This document shows, piece by piece, positions 22,100 to 31,979 of a stretch of 35,903 bases of DNA. Each line of letters starts with the position of its first letter. Within the stretch, counting starts at the first letter, position 1. This DNA is from Sulfolobaceae archaeon (GTDB taxonomy: Archaea > Thermoproteota > Thermoprotei_A > Sulfolobales > Sulfolobaceae), in contig JAWARQ010000007.1 in the NCBI GenBank assembly GCA_038893355.1, forward strand, positions 1 to 35,903, written 5' to 3'. Under the pieces are notes generated by a model. It saw only the letters and a program-made list of their open reading frames with translations, was not told the DNA's origin and did not search any database. The translations under genes were made by a program, and so were the position numbers.

Positions 22100-22527
22100 G
22101 TCGGGATTGGTTTTTCCCAGAGTGGAACACCATTAGCAGTTTTAGGTGCAAGCCAATCTATAACTTCCATAGGATTCTCATGCTCTATGATAAACGTAAC
22201 TGGACCTAAAGGTGATTCTCTTTCTGAATCTACGAAAGTTAGTCTATTAACTGCAGCAGCTTGCTTATGTATCATAAATGTTATTACATTTCCATTCATA
22301 CCCTTTATTAAATACTTTCTTGCAGCATCTAATATCCTTTCCTCTCTCAGTGCTTTATGTACCTTTATAATGCTGTATAAATTACTAGATTCTGCAATTA
22401 TTAATTCATAGAATCCATATTTTTCCTTTCTTATCCTCTCGAAATCAAAAAAGTTTTTTATAGTATTAATTACTTTATTCTCATCCTCTGAAGGTCTAAG
22501 CTCTACTTTCACTATTATTTTTGCCAT
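22096..22527 (-). CDS. UPF0201/DUF54 RNA-binding protein
   Basis: PSEDENKV, HKQAA, ESPLGP, WLAPKT. Confidence 0.85.
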   Translation of the reverse strand: MAKIIVKVELRPSEDENKVINTIKNFFDFERIRKEKYGFYELIIAESSNLYSIIKVHKALREERILDAARKYLIKGMNGNVITFMIHKQAAAVNRLTFVDSERESPLGPVTFIIEHENPMEVIDWLAPKTANGVPLWEKPIPT

Positions 22528-23059
22528 ATATTATCATTTCAAATAACTCTCTACACTTTCTCTTAAAACTTTCCAGATCTTTATCGTTAACAATAATGTA
22601 GTCTGACATAGCTATTACACTTCCTATCCCCAGTTCTAATTCCTTAAAATCCCTCCTTATTATCTCATCAAGAACTTTTGGGTCATCCTCTCTATACCTA
22701 CTTAATATCCTCCTATACCTTAAATATGGAGGGGCATGGATAGAGATTAAAACAATCTCCTTAGAAAATCTTCTAAAAACTTCAACTTCTTCAATACTTC
22801 TTACTCCTTCTATTCCTACTATTTTTACATCACTTCCTTTTAAGAATTCTAATGTAAGCTCAGCCACTACTCCCTTACCTTTTTCTCTCCTTATTCTTAA
22901 AGCGAACTCTAAAAGACTTTCATTTGCCTTCTTATACTTTTCATAATTATACCTCACTACATCTCCCATGGACAGAACAAGTACTCCCATTTCTTTTAAA
23001 ACACTTGCAGCTTCACTTTTTCCTGAACCTGGCATTCCGGAAATTAAAATGATTTTAAT
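22496..23059 (-). CDS. UPF0200 P-loop nucleoside/CoA kinase-like protein
   Basis: IKIILISGMPGSGKS, MGDVVR, EGVRS, RD..EL.LG; start extended to a putative ATT. Confidence 0.85.
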   Translation of the reverse strand: MKIILISGMPGSGKSEAASVLKEMGVLVLSMGDVVRYNYEKYKKANESLLEFALRIRREKGKGVVAELTLEFLKGSDVKIVGIEGVRSIEEVEVFRRFSKEIVLISIHAPPYLRYRRILSRYREDDPKVLDEIIRRDFKELELGIGSVIAMSDYIIVNDKDLESFKRKCRELFEMIIYGKNNSESRA

Positions 23060-23097
23060 ATTGCCCGAAATTTTATATTGATGGTGAGTTTATAAGC

Positions 23098-23682
23098 ATG
23101 AGGTTATTTATAGCAATTGAAGTTACTAACATTCCAAAAATCCTTGAACTTATAGAAGGGTTAAAGAGGACTGGAGCAGACATAAAATTAGTTGAATCAA
23201 ATAATCTGCATATAACGCTCGTATTTTTAGGTGAAGTTGAGGAGAGTAAGTTAGGTTTAGTTAAGGCCGCTTTGCATGATGTTAATTTCAGTAGTTTTAA
23301 AATAAAGTTGAATGGTGTTGGTGCTTTTCCAAGCGTTAATAGGCCTAAAGTTGTATGGGTAGGAATTACTGAAGGTTTTCAGAAATTAAAGGAGATAAGA
23401 TCTATCTTAGTTAAAGGATTACGGAGTAGAGGAATAAAACCTGAAGACGAAAAAGAGTTTGTTGCACATTTAACTTTAGGTAGAGTTAAAAGCCCTGTAA
23501 ATTTAATAAATTTAATAAAATTTATAAATGAAAACATGAACATAGAAGTCGGAGAGATAATAGTGGATTCAATAAAATTATTTAAAAGTACATTAACACC
23601 TAAAGGTCCAATTTATGATATTTTAGATGAAGTGAAGGCAATTGATAGAAGAGGAAGTTTTGAGGTTAATAAAGCCAAGTAA
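23098..23682 (+). CDS. thpR: RNA 2',3'-cyclic phosphodiesterase / 2'-5' RNA ligase
   Basis: MRLFIAI; two HxT motifs (HITL, HLTL); GPIY. Confidence 0.93.
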   Translation: MRLFIAIEVTNIPKILELIEGLKRTGADIKLVESNNLHITLVFLGEVEESKLGLVKAALHDVNFSSFKIKLNGVGAFPSVNRPKVVWVGITEGFQKLKEIRSILVKGLRSRGIKPEDEKEFVAHLTLGRVKSPVNLINLIKFINENMNIEVGEIIVDSIKLFKSTLTPKGPIYDILDEVKAIDRRGSFEVNKAK

Positions 23683-24880
23683 GGAAGATGAGGAGAGAAT
23701 AAGAAGTAAAGTAGAGCTAATTAAAGATCTACTTAAAGAATATGATATTGAAGTTCATGGATCTTTTAGGAAAGGCACTTGGCTTAAAAATGATACTGAT
23801 GTTGATTTATTTGTATTTTTTAATAAGAATTTTCCCAGAGATAAGTTTCCGAAGGTTATTAGTGAGATTAAAGAGAAGTTAAAAGGAATAGAGACAAAGA
23901 TAGGATATGCAGATCATCCATATTTAATTACAATAGTAGATAATATAGAAATAGATATAGTTCCAGCAATAAGAGTAGAAAGTGGAGATAAGGCGATAAC
24001 ACCAGTTGATAGAACTCCATTCCATACACAATATGTAATTTCTCATCTTGATGAGAAGGGTAAGGACGAGGTCAGATTACTAAAACAATTTATGAAGGGT
24101 ATAGGAGTATATGGTGCAGAAATTAAAGTAGAGGGCTTCTCTGGCTATGTTAGTGAATTACTCATAATATACTTTAGAAGCTTTAGAAAAGTATTAGAGG
24201 CCGCTTCTAAATGGAAACCTCCAGTAAAAATACTTCTAACTAATCCACAGAGAAACTTTGAGTCTCCATTAATATTACCAGATCCAGTGGATCCTAAGAG
24301 GAATGCTGGTAGTGCAGTATCTTTAAAGAAACTAGCAGAATTCAGTCTTGCAGCTAGGTATTACTTAAAGAAGCCTTCCATTAACTTCTTCTTTCCTGTA
24401 TTTCCAAAGTATACTATAATTAAAGGCGATGTGATGATAATAAAATTATTTGCAGAGAATTCACCGCCAGACGTTTTTTGGGGTCAAGTGAAGAGGAGCA
24501 TGAAGAAGATAAGGAAAGCTCTAGAATTAGTAGGATATAGAGTAATTGATATTCAAGCATGGGGTGGTGAAAATGATGCAGTAATAGGAATACAGCTAGA
24601 ATCTAAGATTATAGGCGAGTACTACACATTACAAGGGCCTCCATTCTATATTATTGAGAACGTAGATAAATTTATTGAGGAGAACGAAAATATATGGGTA
24701 GGCGAAGACGGTCGACTATATACTATAAAAAGAAGAAAAGAGACTGATATACAAAAAATAATATCTAATAATATATCTATTGATAATTTAACTAAAATTG
24801 AATATTACTGGTTAAATGAGGTTCCTGAGGACGAATGGATATGGAGATTTTTAAGAAAAACGATGCCATGGTTGAAGTGA
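23642..24880 (+). CDS. cca: Archaeal CCA-adding enzyme
   Basis: GSFRKGTWL..DTDVDLF, DRTPFHT, GVYGAE, GFSGY, DPVDPKRN. Confidence 0.95.
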   Translation: MIEEEVLRLIKPSKEDEERIRSKVELIKDLLKEYDIEVHGSFRKGTWLKNDTDVDLFVFFNKNFPRDKFPKVISEIKEKLKGIETKIGYADHPYLITIVDNIEIDIVPAIRVESGDKAITPVDRTPFHTQYVISHLDEKGKDEVRLLKQFMKGIGVYGAEIKVEGFSGYVSELLIIYFRSFRKVLEAASKWKPPVKILLTNPQRNFESPLILPDPVDPKRNAGSAVSLKKLAEFSLAARYYLKKPSINFFFPVFPKYTIIKGDVMIIKLFAENSPPDVFWGQVKRSMKKIRKALELVGYRVIDIQAWGGENDAVIGIQLESKIIGEYYTLQGPPFYIIENVDKFIEENENIWVGEDGRLYTIKRRKETDIQKIISNNISIDNLTKIEYYWLNEVPEDEWIWRFLRKTMPWLK

Positions 24881-25476
24881 AGTTTTTCATATATCCTCGT
24901 TATAGCGTAGAGATAGAAAGGGAATTAAGAGAACATGGTATTACACACTTAATATCATTTGGAAGAGTAAATATTGGAAGAGTAAACGTTATAGGAAAGG
25001 GTAAGACTGGAATAATAGCACTGCTTGATGATAACAAGGTTATAAAAATCAGGAGGACTGATTCACCAAAAGAAACACTAGAAATAGAAGCCAAAATTCA
25101 AAAACTTGCTTATCCCTCAGCTCCTTACGTTTATGAGTATGGAAAGAATTTCATAATTATGGAATTTATAAATGGTAGATATCTTTCAAAAAATGAAAAT
25201 TTAAAAATTATAATTGATTTAATAGAACGTGCATATTATTTAGAGCTAAAAAATATAGAGCATAAAGAGTTAAATAGACCATGGAAAAATGTACTTGTAT
25301 CAGACCTTAGGACGTGGATTATAGATTATGATTCTGCAAGTATTAAAGAAAATGCGAAAAATATTCAAAAAATCCTTTCAGCGTTTGGGTATATAGATTT
25401 GGCCAAAAAGTACTCTAAAAATATCTTAACTAAAAACGAGATAATTAGGCTGTTACAAGAATCTTTCTCTTATTAA
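24835..25476 (+). CDS. RIO/Bud32-like Ser/Thr kinase
   Basis: IGKGKTG, IKIRR, IMEFING, HKEL...KNVL, IIDY; start may be 24868. Confidence 0.75.
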   Translation: MDMEIFKKNDAMVEVKFFIYPRYSVEIERELREHGITHLISFGRVNIGRVNVIGKGKTGIIALLDDNKVIKIRRTDSPKETLEIEAKIQKLAYPSAPYVYEYGKNFIIMEFINGRYLSKNENLKIIIDLIERAYYLELKNIEHKELNRPWKNVLVSDLRTWIIDYDSASIKENAKNIQKILSAFGYIDLAKKYSKNILTKNEIIRLLQESFSY

Positions 25477-25657
25477 TTAACCTAATCTTAACATCCTCTA
25501 AAGACGGCTTACCTAATTCTCTTCCGCATTGCGGACATCTTCCGCCGTATAATAGTTTTATCTCGGATGGTGTTCTTACTCCATAGAAATCTTGTCCGAC
25601 TTTCTCAAATTTATACAATTCATAACCACATCCCTTACACCTATAGGTTACTGGGAT
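25445..25657 (-). CDS. Small zinc-ribbon protein (70 aa), missed by the ORF track
   Basis: (I/M)PVTYRCKGCGYELYKFEKVGQDFYGVRTPSEIKLLYGGRCPQCGRELGKP...VTA*; two CxxCG; GGTGA SD upstream of an ATC. Confidence 0.8.
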   Translation of the reverse strand: MPVTYRCKGCGYELYKFEKVGQDFYGVRTPSEIKLLYGGRCPQCGRELGKPSLEDVKIRLINKRKILVTA

Positions 25658-25847
25658 GGTTCATTCACCCGATCGTTAATTTAAGATTTCTTAAATATAT
25701 CATATAAAGCGCATCTTACGCTATTCAATTTTCGTTAAATTTGTTTAAAAGGGGGAGGGTTAGTCGAAAGTAAAAGACTGAGTATTATAAGCTATCAAAC
25801 TTATAAGCTATTCCTTCTCTTATTCATTAAAAATTCTTAGGAGAGAA

Positions 25848-25946
25848 TGGGGCCGCCGGGATTTGAACCCGGGACCGCCAGCGTACTGGCATTTTGGGGT
25901 TTCGGACCCCAGGCTGGCATCCTAGTCCAGGCTAGACGACGGCCCC
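25848..25946 (-). tRNA. tRNA-Pro(GGG) with 23-nt intron at 37/38 (intron 25884-25906)
   Basis: GGGGCCG/CGGCCCC acceptor stem, CCAGC/GCTGG anticodon stem, GGTTCAAATCC T loop, CTGG/CCAG BHB helix; CCA not encoded. Confidence 0.93.
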
Positions 25947-25979
25947 ACTCAAGATGTTTTGATTATTCAGAATAAAAAA

Positions 25980-28160
25980 TTATACCTTTCTTGCAAGATA
26001 TACCAAGAAGCTAAGCAAAACTATAAGTAGAATTACAAGTATTAAGTAAGTTGAATTGGAAAGACCTTGAGAGTTACTGCTTCCCACATTAGAACTTTGA
26101 GATTGCTGAACATTTGCGACTGCAATTAAATTTTGCTGAAGTAAAATACTACCAGTTATTTTTGCAATAGTTGGCTTATTATAGCTAAATTGAATAATAG
26201 TTGGTTTAGAACTTCCTGCAGGATTATATGCTATTACAATAACCGTATGATTTCCAAAACTATCAATTATGGTCTGCGCTTGTGTAGAACTCGTTTTTGC
26301 TATTAAATTACCATCTAAGAAAACTTCATAATATGTCGCATAAGGCACAGAGGACCATGCTATAGTTAATAGGTTCTGTGTAATTCCTAATGAAACTATT
26401 GGTGACTGTGGTGGAATATAATGCACAATTTTCTCAGAATAAGTTATAGTTCCTGCATTATTTTTCGAAATGAGTATGAGAGTATAATTACCATAAGGTA
26501 TGCTTATTTTTATCGTTGTATTACTAGTATTAGTTTGATATATTAAATTATAGTTAATATCATAAATCTTTATGGTATAATTTGCATTATATGATGTCTT
26601 CCACGATACCGTTAGCAGGCTATTATTCATAGAAGAGTAATTAAGTGAAATGATTCTCGGTAAAGCCTGCGGTACACCATAACCTATGGCTGGTGTGCTA
26701 TTTCCTAACTCATTCCTAGCTATGAGATATATAATATATTTATTTCCTGCAGTCAGATTAGTTACTGTATAGGAAGTAACATTTCCTACATAAAACCATC
26801 TGATATTTTTTGATTCGTTCTCACTAATTCCTAAATAGTATCCTATTATTGGATATCCCTCGTCACTAGTAGGGGACCAATTTATTGTTAAATTCTGATT
26901 TCCCGGAATTATTGAAATTATTTTAGGAGGAAGTGGTACTGTACCTGGCACTGCAGATACTATATTACTAGGATCGCCTTCACCAAATTGATTATAGGGT
27001 ATTATTCTAAAATAATATCTTATTCCATTAGAGAGATTGCTAATAACTGTGAAGTTTTGAGTGGTAATTATAGAGCTTAGATTACCATTTTCGCTCCAAT
27101 ATTCAACTTTATAATAACTTGCGTTTTGACATGACCAAGAAAGATATACTGAGTGATTCATTATCCTTACTTGTTGTATTATTGGCTGTAGTGGTGGAGT
27201 TAAAATCTTGAAAGTTAAAATCTTATCAGAAATTTGAGAGGTTGCCCAATTTATTCCACCGATTATGTAGAGAGTATTACCATCTTGTGAATAGGCAAAT
27301 GAGTAAAACGATTCACTAACATTTCCTATAACGTACCATTTCCCTTCATAAAACGCATAAACTTTGAAATTACCACCTATTGGCTCATAAATACTTGAGG
27401 ATATTCCTTCAACAACTAAAATAACTTTGTGATAATATGCAACTGCTTCAGAGAATATGTCAACTGGTAAACTAGGAAGTTCAGTCCAGTTATTAGTACT
27501 AGGATTATAAATATATACTGAAGATGAAAATTGGGCTAAGCCAACGTATCCGCCTACTATAATCAAATGCGTACCGTTAAACGTATAGCCTGCCTCAGCA
27601 ACTTTTATTGGAGCATTAGACGTAGTCCACGATCCAGATCTAAGGTCATATATCTGAACTAAATCAGTCATACTCACCGCACCACCTATGATACCTACTC
27701 CTGAAGAAAGTTTAGTGAAGCCTCCAATCACATAAATCTTATCATTCCAGCCAAAGCCTATAGCATAATAAACTGGTGTAGGCAATGTAGAAACTATACT
27801 CCAATAATTCCCTACAAGCTTTAATACATACTTATTAATCGTATTATTAACAGTAACCCCCCCAATCACGTAAATTGTATTATTATATGTTATAACTAGT
27901 GGAGCGTATAACGGAATTGGAAGTGATGGTCCAAAAGTCCATTTTAACGTTTTTAAATCTATTATTATAGTTGAATTTAAAATATTATTATTTGATGAAA
28001 TACCACCAATAACGTAAAGCTTTCCATTTAAGACAGTACTTCCTGCATCTCTAATTGGATAAGGGAGCTCTTCTATCTCATTATAATTGAATCCGACCGC
28101 AGAGTAAGCTACTTGTGAAAATACTAATGTAAGAACGAGTAAAAGAATTACCCTCTTCAT
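25980..28160 (-). CDS. Kelch-repeat plus fibronectin type III cell-surface protein
   Basis: Start taken at MKRVILLL signal peptide; repeated YVIGG...W kelch units; FN3 W/Y/L motifs; C-terminal TM. Confidence 0.9.
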   Translation of the reverse strand: MKRVILLLVLTLVFSQVAYSAVGFNYNEIEELPYPIRDAGSTVLNGKLYVIGGISSNNNILNSTIIIDLKTLKWTFGPSLPIPLYAPLVITYNNTIYVIGGVTVNNTINKYVLKLVGNYWSIVSTLPTPVYYAIGFGWNDKIYVIGGFTKLSSGVGIIGGAVSMTDLVQIYDLRSGSWTTSNAPIKVAEAGYTFNGTHLIIVGGYVGLAQFSSSVYIYNPSTNNWTELPSLPVDIFSEAVAYYHKVILVVEGISSSIYEPIGGNFKVYAFYEGKWYVIGNVSESFYSFAYSQDGNTLYIIGGINWATSQISDKILTFKILTPPLQPIIQQVRIMNHSVYLSWSCQNASYYKVEYWSENGNLSSIITTQNFTVISNLSNGIRYYFRIIPYNQFGEGDPSNIVSAVPGTVPLPPKIISIIPGNQNLTINWSPTSDEGYPIIGYYLGISENESKNIRWFYVGNVTSYTVTNLTAGNKYIIYLIARNELGNSTPAIGYGVPQALPRIISLNYSSMNNSLLTVSWKTSYNANYTIKIYDINYNLIYQTNTSNTTIKISIPYGNYTLILISKNNAGTITYSEKIVHYIPPQSPIVSLGITQNLLTIAWSSVPYATYYEVFLDGNLIAKTSSTQAQTIIDSFGNHTVIVIAYNPAGSSKPTIIQFSYNKPTIAKITGSILLQQNLIAVANVQQSQSSNVGSSNSQGLSNSTYLILVILLIVLLSFLVYLARKV

Positions 28161-28236
28161 GATGCTATACTCTCTGAAATAATACCTTATAAAGAATTTG
28201 CTGTAGTATAGTTTTAGAGAAAAGTTTAAATCTATT

Positions 28237-29079
28237 ATGAAATTAAAAAAATTGATGAAAGTAAAAGAAATTATGGAGACTAACCCCCCAGTAGTCTCTG
28301 AGGACGATAAAGTAATTGATGCATTGAAAAAAGTTAACGATAGAGGGATTGGAAGGGTTATTGTTGAAGGTAACGGTAAAATAGTGGGTTTGATCTCAAC
28401 TAGAGATTTTCTTACAGTATTAGCAACACATTGTAATGAGATGTGTTCTAAAGAGGAACTGGCTAAGATTGGAGAATTTAAGGTCGGTAGTATAATGTCG
28501 TTAAATCCTATAACTGTCTCAGAAGAAGATGAGGTGATTGAAGCTATTAATATTATGGTTGCCAGAAACTTCGGATCTTTACCAGTAATAAATAATAAGG
28601 GAAAACCAGTTGGGATTGTAACTGAAAGAGATTTACTTTTAATGTACAGGGACATGGAAAGAATTTTTCCAGTCAATAAGTTTATGACGAAAAAGGTAAC
28701 ATTCACATATCCAGATAATAAAGTGATTCATGGAATTAAGCAGATGATAAGGAGGGGGTTTAGAAGGCTTCCAGTAGTTAATAATGAAAATAAAGTAATA
28801 GGAATATTTACAGCCGCGGATGCGGTAAAGTTAATGGCAAAGGCAATAATAAAGCAGTCACCAGAGTTAATATTTCAAAAGAACATAGGAGAAGTTATGA
28901 CTAGAGAGATAATAACGGTATCACCAGAATCTTCTATAAATGACGCAGCAATGATACTACTTACTAAATCAGTTGGATCATTATTAATACTAGATAGAGA
29001 AAATAGAATTGAAGGGATAATAACTGAAAGGGACATGTTAATAGCACTACATCATCAATTACACTTAAAATTTGTATAG
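28237..29079 (+). CDS. Tandem CBS-domain protein (4 CBS)
   Basis: SLPVIN..GKPVGIVTERD, RRLPVV, GIITERD. Confidence 0.92.
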   Translation: MKLKKLMKVKEIMETNPPVVSEDDKVIDALKKVNDRGIGRVIVEGNGKIVGLISTRDFLTVLATHCNEMCSKEELAKIGEFKVGSIMSLNPITVSEEDEVIEAINIMVARNFGSLPVINNKGKPVGIVTERDLLLMYRDMERIFPVNKFMTKKVTFTYPDNKVIHGIKQMIRRGFRRLPVVNNENKVIGIFTAADAVKLMAKAIIKQSPELIFQKNIGEVMTREIITVSPESSINDAAMILLTKSVGSLLILDRENRIEGIITERDMLIALHHQLHLKFV

Positions 29080-29138
29080 ATATAATATCATATCAGCTAT
29101 GAAAAATCTTTAAGTAAAGTGAACAGTTCTGAATATAC

Positions 29139-29519
29139 ATGGAAAAAAAGATAATATACTCAGAAAGAGCACCCAAACCAATAGGTCCATATAGTCAAGC
29201 AATTCAAATAGGTAATTTACTATTTATTTCGGGCCAAATAGCTATTGACCCTAAAACTAATCAGCTAATAGAAGGTGGTATTGAAGAACAGACTGAAAGA
29301 GTTTTAGAGAATATTAAGGCAATTTTAGAACAGGCAGGATTTTCAATGTCTGACATAGTAATGACATTTGTATATCTAAAGGACTTAAATGATTTCAATG
29401 CATTCAACAAAGTTTATGAGAAATACTTTAAGGATAACCCGCCAGCAAGAGTTACTGTACAGGTTAGCAAGTTACCAAGGGACGCGAAGATTGAAATAGC
29501 AGCTATAGCTTCAAAGTAA
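29139..29519 (+). CDS. ridA: RidA/YjgF enamine deaminase
   Basis: [22 protein letters not shown]...IEI. Confidence 0.93.
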   Translation: MEKKIIYSERAPKPIGPYSQAIQIGNLLFISGQIAIDPKTNQLIEGGIEEQTERVLENIKAILEQAGFSMSDIVMTFVYLKDLNDFNAFNKVYEKYFKDNPPARVTVQVSKLPRDAKIEIAAIASK

Positions 29520-29700
29520 CCTTTTTTACTAAATTTTCTAGATACGGGCAACTAAAGTCAAAAAGTTCATGATTTCCATGATACTTACATGCTCCCGATA
29601 TAGGCTTACCCTCGAGTAAGACTATAACTGCAGTATCATCCTCTACTACAGAATAAAACGAACCTTGAAATATTGTCTTATAATTCATAATTCTTATCAC
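29503..29700 (-). CDS. Small hypothetical protein
   Basis: AAGGTG SD-like motif upstream; Cys/His cluster C..HG.H.....C; start may be 29688. Confidence 0.6.
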   Translation of the reverse strand: MIRIMNYKTIFQGSFYSVVEDDTAVIVLLEGKPISGACKYHGNHELFDFSCPYLENLVKKVTLKL

Positions 29701-29929
29701 ACCTTAAGATAAACTAACTCCAATTTCTTACATATAAACCTTTTTCTATATATCGGGCGATATTCTTACGGAAATTTCTAGCAGATTTTTAGCCAAATTT
29801 TAGAAGGTAAACCATTAGAAACACGTAAGGTGGGAGATTCACGGCTCTTTCGCGAATTCATTTTATTTCAATAGTTTGGAATCAAAAATTGATTGTGCAC
29901 TCGGTAATATTAATTAAGGGGCGAGCAGT

Positions 29930-30616
29930 AGATCATACCATGCAACAACGTGAAACCACCTTAAATGACCGCGGGACTTTCATGACCCTGCTCGGCCCCA
30001 AATATACTTCTGCAAGACGCACTACTAAACAAACCTGCTGAAGAAATCGAAAGATGGACCCTTGAAGAAGTAGAGAAAAAGCCCCAAGTACGCTAGGGGA
30101 AAGAGATAAAGAGAAAAGGCTACTCAAACTACCTCTTCCTCAAAGGCTTCACAATAACCCTCAAGAGCAGAAGAAAATCTACAAGCCAGCTACATCACAG
30201 TAAGACTACCAATACTATACAAAGGTAAAAAGGGGGTCAAGACTAAAATAGAAGAAATAGCTAGAACGAGAGAGCGACAAAGTCCTCAAATCCTCTCGTA
30301 CTCAATAATAGACGGAAAACTAAAACCCAATCTCTCAATGCCGATACTAAAGGTTAAGGGTGACTTTAAATACATTATAGTAGACGGTAAATACGTTAAA
30401 CTTATACACGGGGAGAAGGGAGTACTCCTAATCGCAATAGGAATTACCCTAAACAAGTAAAGGGCAATACTCGACATCACCCTTGCTAAGGAAGAGGACA
30501 AGGAGAGTTACTGGCATTTCCTAGTAAGCCTATGGAAGAAGTATAACGTTGAAATAATTGTTGCTGACTGTACTAAAGCCTTAGATAATGCTACTAATAC
30601 TTCAGTTTGCTCATGA
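29930..30616 (+). pseudogene. Degraded IS256-like (Mutator-type) transposase, N-terminal/central part
   Basis: From 30371: YIIVDGKYVKL...LLIAIGITLNK*RAILDITLAKEEDKESYWHFL...IIVADCTKALDNA, with an in-frame stop at 30458. Confidence 0.75.
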
Positions 30617-30730
30617 GCTTATAAATACTTTGAATTTACTCCCTTATTTTTATTACTTATTAGATAGAATTTTTCATTTAATAAGGAGATATTTCTTACA
30701 CGTTTTTAACGTAACGTAAAAATGTAACGA

Positions 30731-31670
30731 CCGTAGACCCCAAATTCATCACCCCGAAAATAATTCTAGGGTAAAAATTGGATAGAATAATTTAACTGAG
30801 TATTCTTGAATCGTGTAATATTATCTTATAAAAGCAAGATAATTAGTAGTAAGCGGAAGTCCTCCTACGTTTGCAAACTTTAGGTCTGTTAGAGACGAGG
30901 CATGTGGTGCCTCTTTACTTGTAACACCCTTTAGGAGCAAGTAGAGAGTATAAATTAGCATTGCTAAGATGGAGATGAACAAGCAGAACAACCAACTCCT
31001 TGATGAGGTAAAGACTAGGAATGATTTAATTAGCTTATAAGCCGTCTCTATTAGTGTCCTAACCTTGTTTTACCATTTCACAACCATGCGTTTATTTACA
31101 TCAAGTTTGTTCCCTTAGCCAAGTACTTCTTGTCCTTACCACTATTAGCCTAAATGTTGCTTTTTACCCCTTAATTTTGCAGTATAATTTCCTTCAAAAC
31201 TGCGATGTATTCCAACCTTTCCGCTGGTACTGCAATGATGAAGTTGGCAAGTAGTTAATTACGTCTACAGAGTAAAAGCCTGCATCTAGTACTACTAGTT
31301 CTATCTCCAGTCCAAGTTCTAATATTTGTTTCACTAGATTTTACTATTTCAAGTCTAGTCATTCCTTTTTCTACGCGTACGAATGCTAGTATTAGTGTTT
31401 ATTCTTGTTGTTACTGTCGCGTAGCGTAGCCTTTTTCTGATCGCTTACTCCTTCTACAGGCTTTCCATTGTATTCTATTGACGTCCAGTCTATTGGGCTC
31501 CCTTTCTTCCACCTAATTGCTCAACAGAGATTTTTGATCATATTTAGCATTTGGTCTATTACTTCTGGTTGTTCTTCCACGTCAGTATGGGGATCTCTTT
31601 TCTCGCGTAAAAATGAGATGAATGAAATTCAGGAAAAGTCTAGTAAACGCTAATTTTTTGTAGAAAAGTT
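30731..31670 (-). mobile_element. Degraded ISH3-family (IS4-like) IS with right terminal repeat
   Basis: Minus-strand fragments IDWT (~31490), LDAGFYS (~31280), R..IETAYKLIK (~31045), LIYTLYLLLKG; end sequence CCGTAGACCCCAAATTCA at 30731; left limit approximate. Confidence 0.8.
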
Positions 31671-31699
31671 TGTATAAGCGAGGGCGAACCTAAACACAT

Positions 31700-31918
31700 A
31701 AGCCACAATAACACGAACAAACGGGCGAAGTCCAATAGAGACTTCGCCAGTTCTACCCTCAAGATAATCTACTCTTCCTATAATACTTTTTCCAAAAGAA
31801 CTCCTCAAGGCTTAAGACTAGGGGAACCTACTTGAGCAGACTGAGAAATGAAGAAAGGAGAGCAATAAGAGACTTAAACCGCATCACCGTCGAGTACGCC
31901 ATGAGTTAACACTGAGTA
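31700..31918 (+). pseudogene. Possible C-terminal remnant of a transposase, perhaps the IS256-like one
   Basis: Same A/C-rich composition as 29.9-30.6 kb; broken frame ending YLSRLRNEERRAIRDLNRITVEYAMS*. Confidence 0.35.
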
Positions 31919-31979
31919 CTTTTAATTAGTATTTACCCTGCTAGGTAAACATATAAAAGGTGGGAGTAAAAGTTTAAAT

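Noticed and set aside
28161-28706. N-terminal 182-aa extension of the 908-aa Kelch/FN3 ORF
   Set aside because: It is the antisense shadow of the CBS gene; the signal peptide starts at 28160.
30700-30730. Short TAACG repeats beside the ISH3 end
   Set aside because: Too short and irregular to call iterons or a target duplication.
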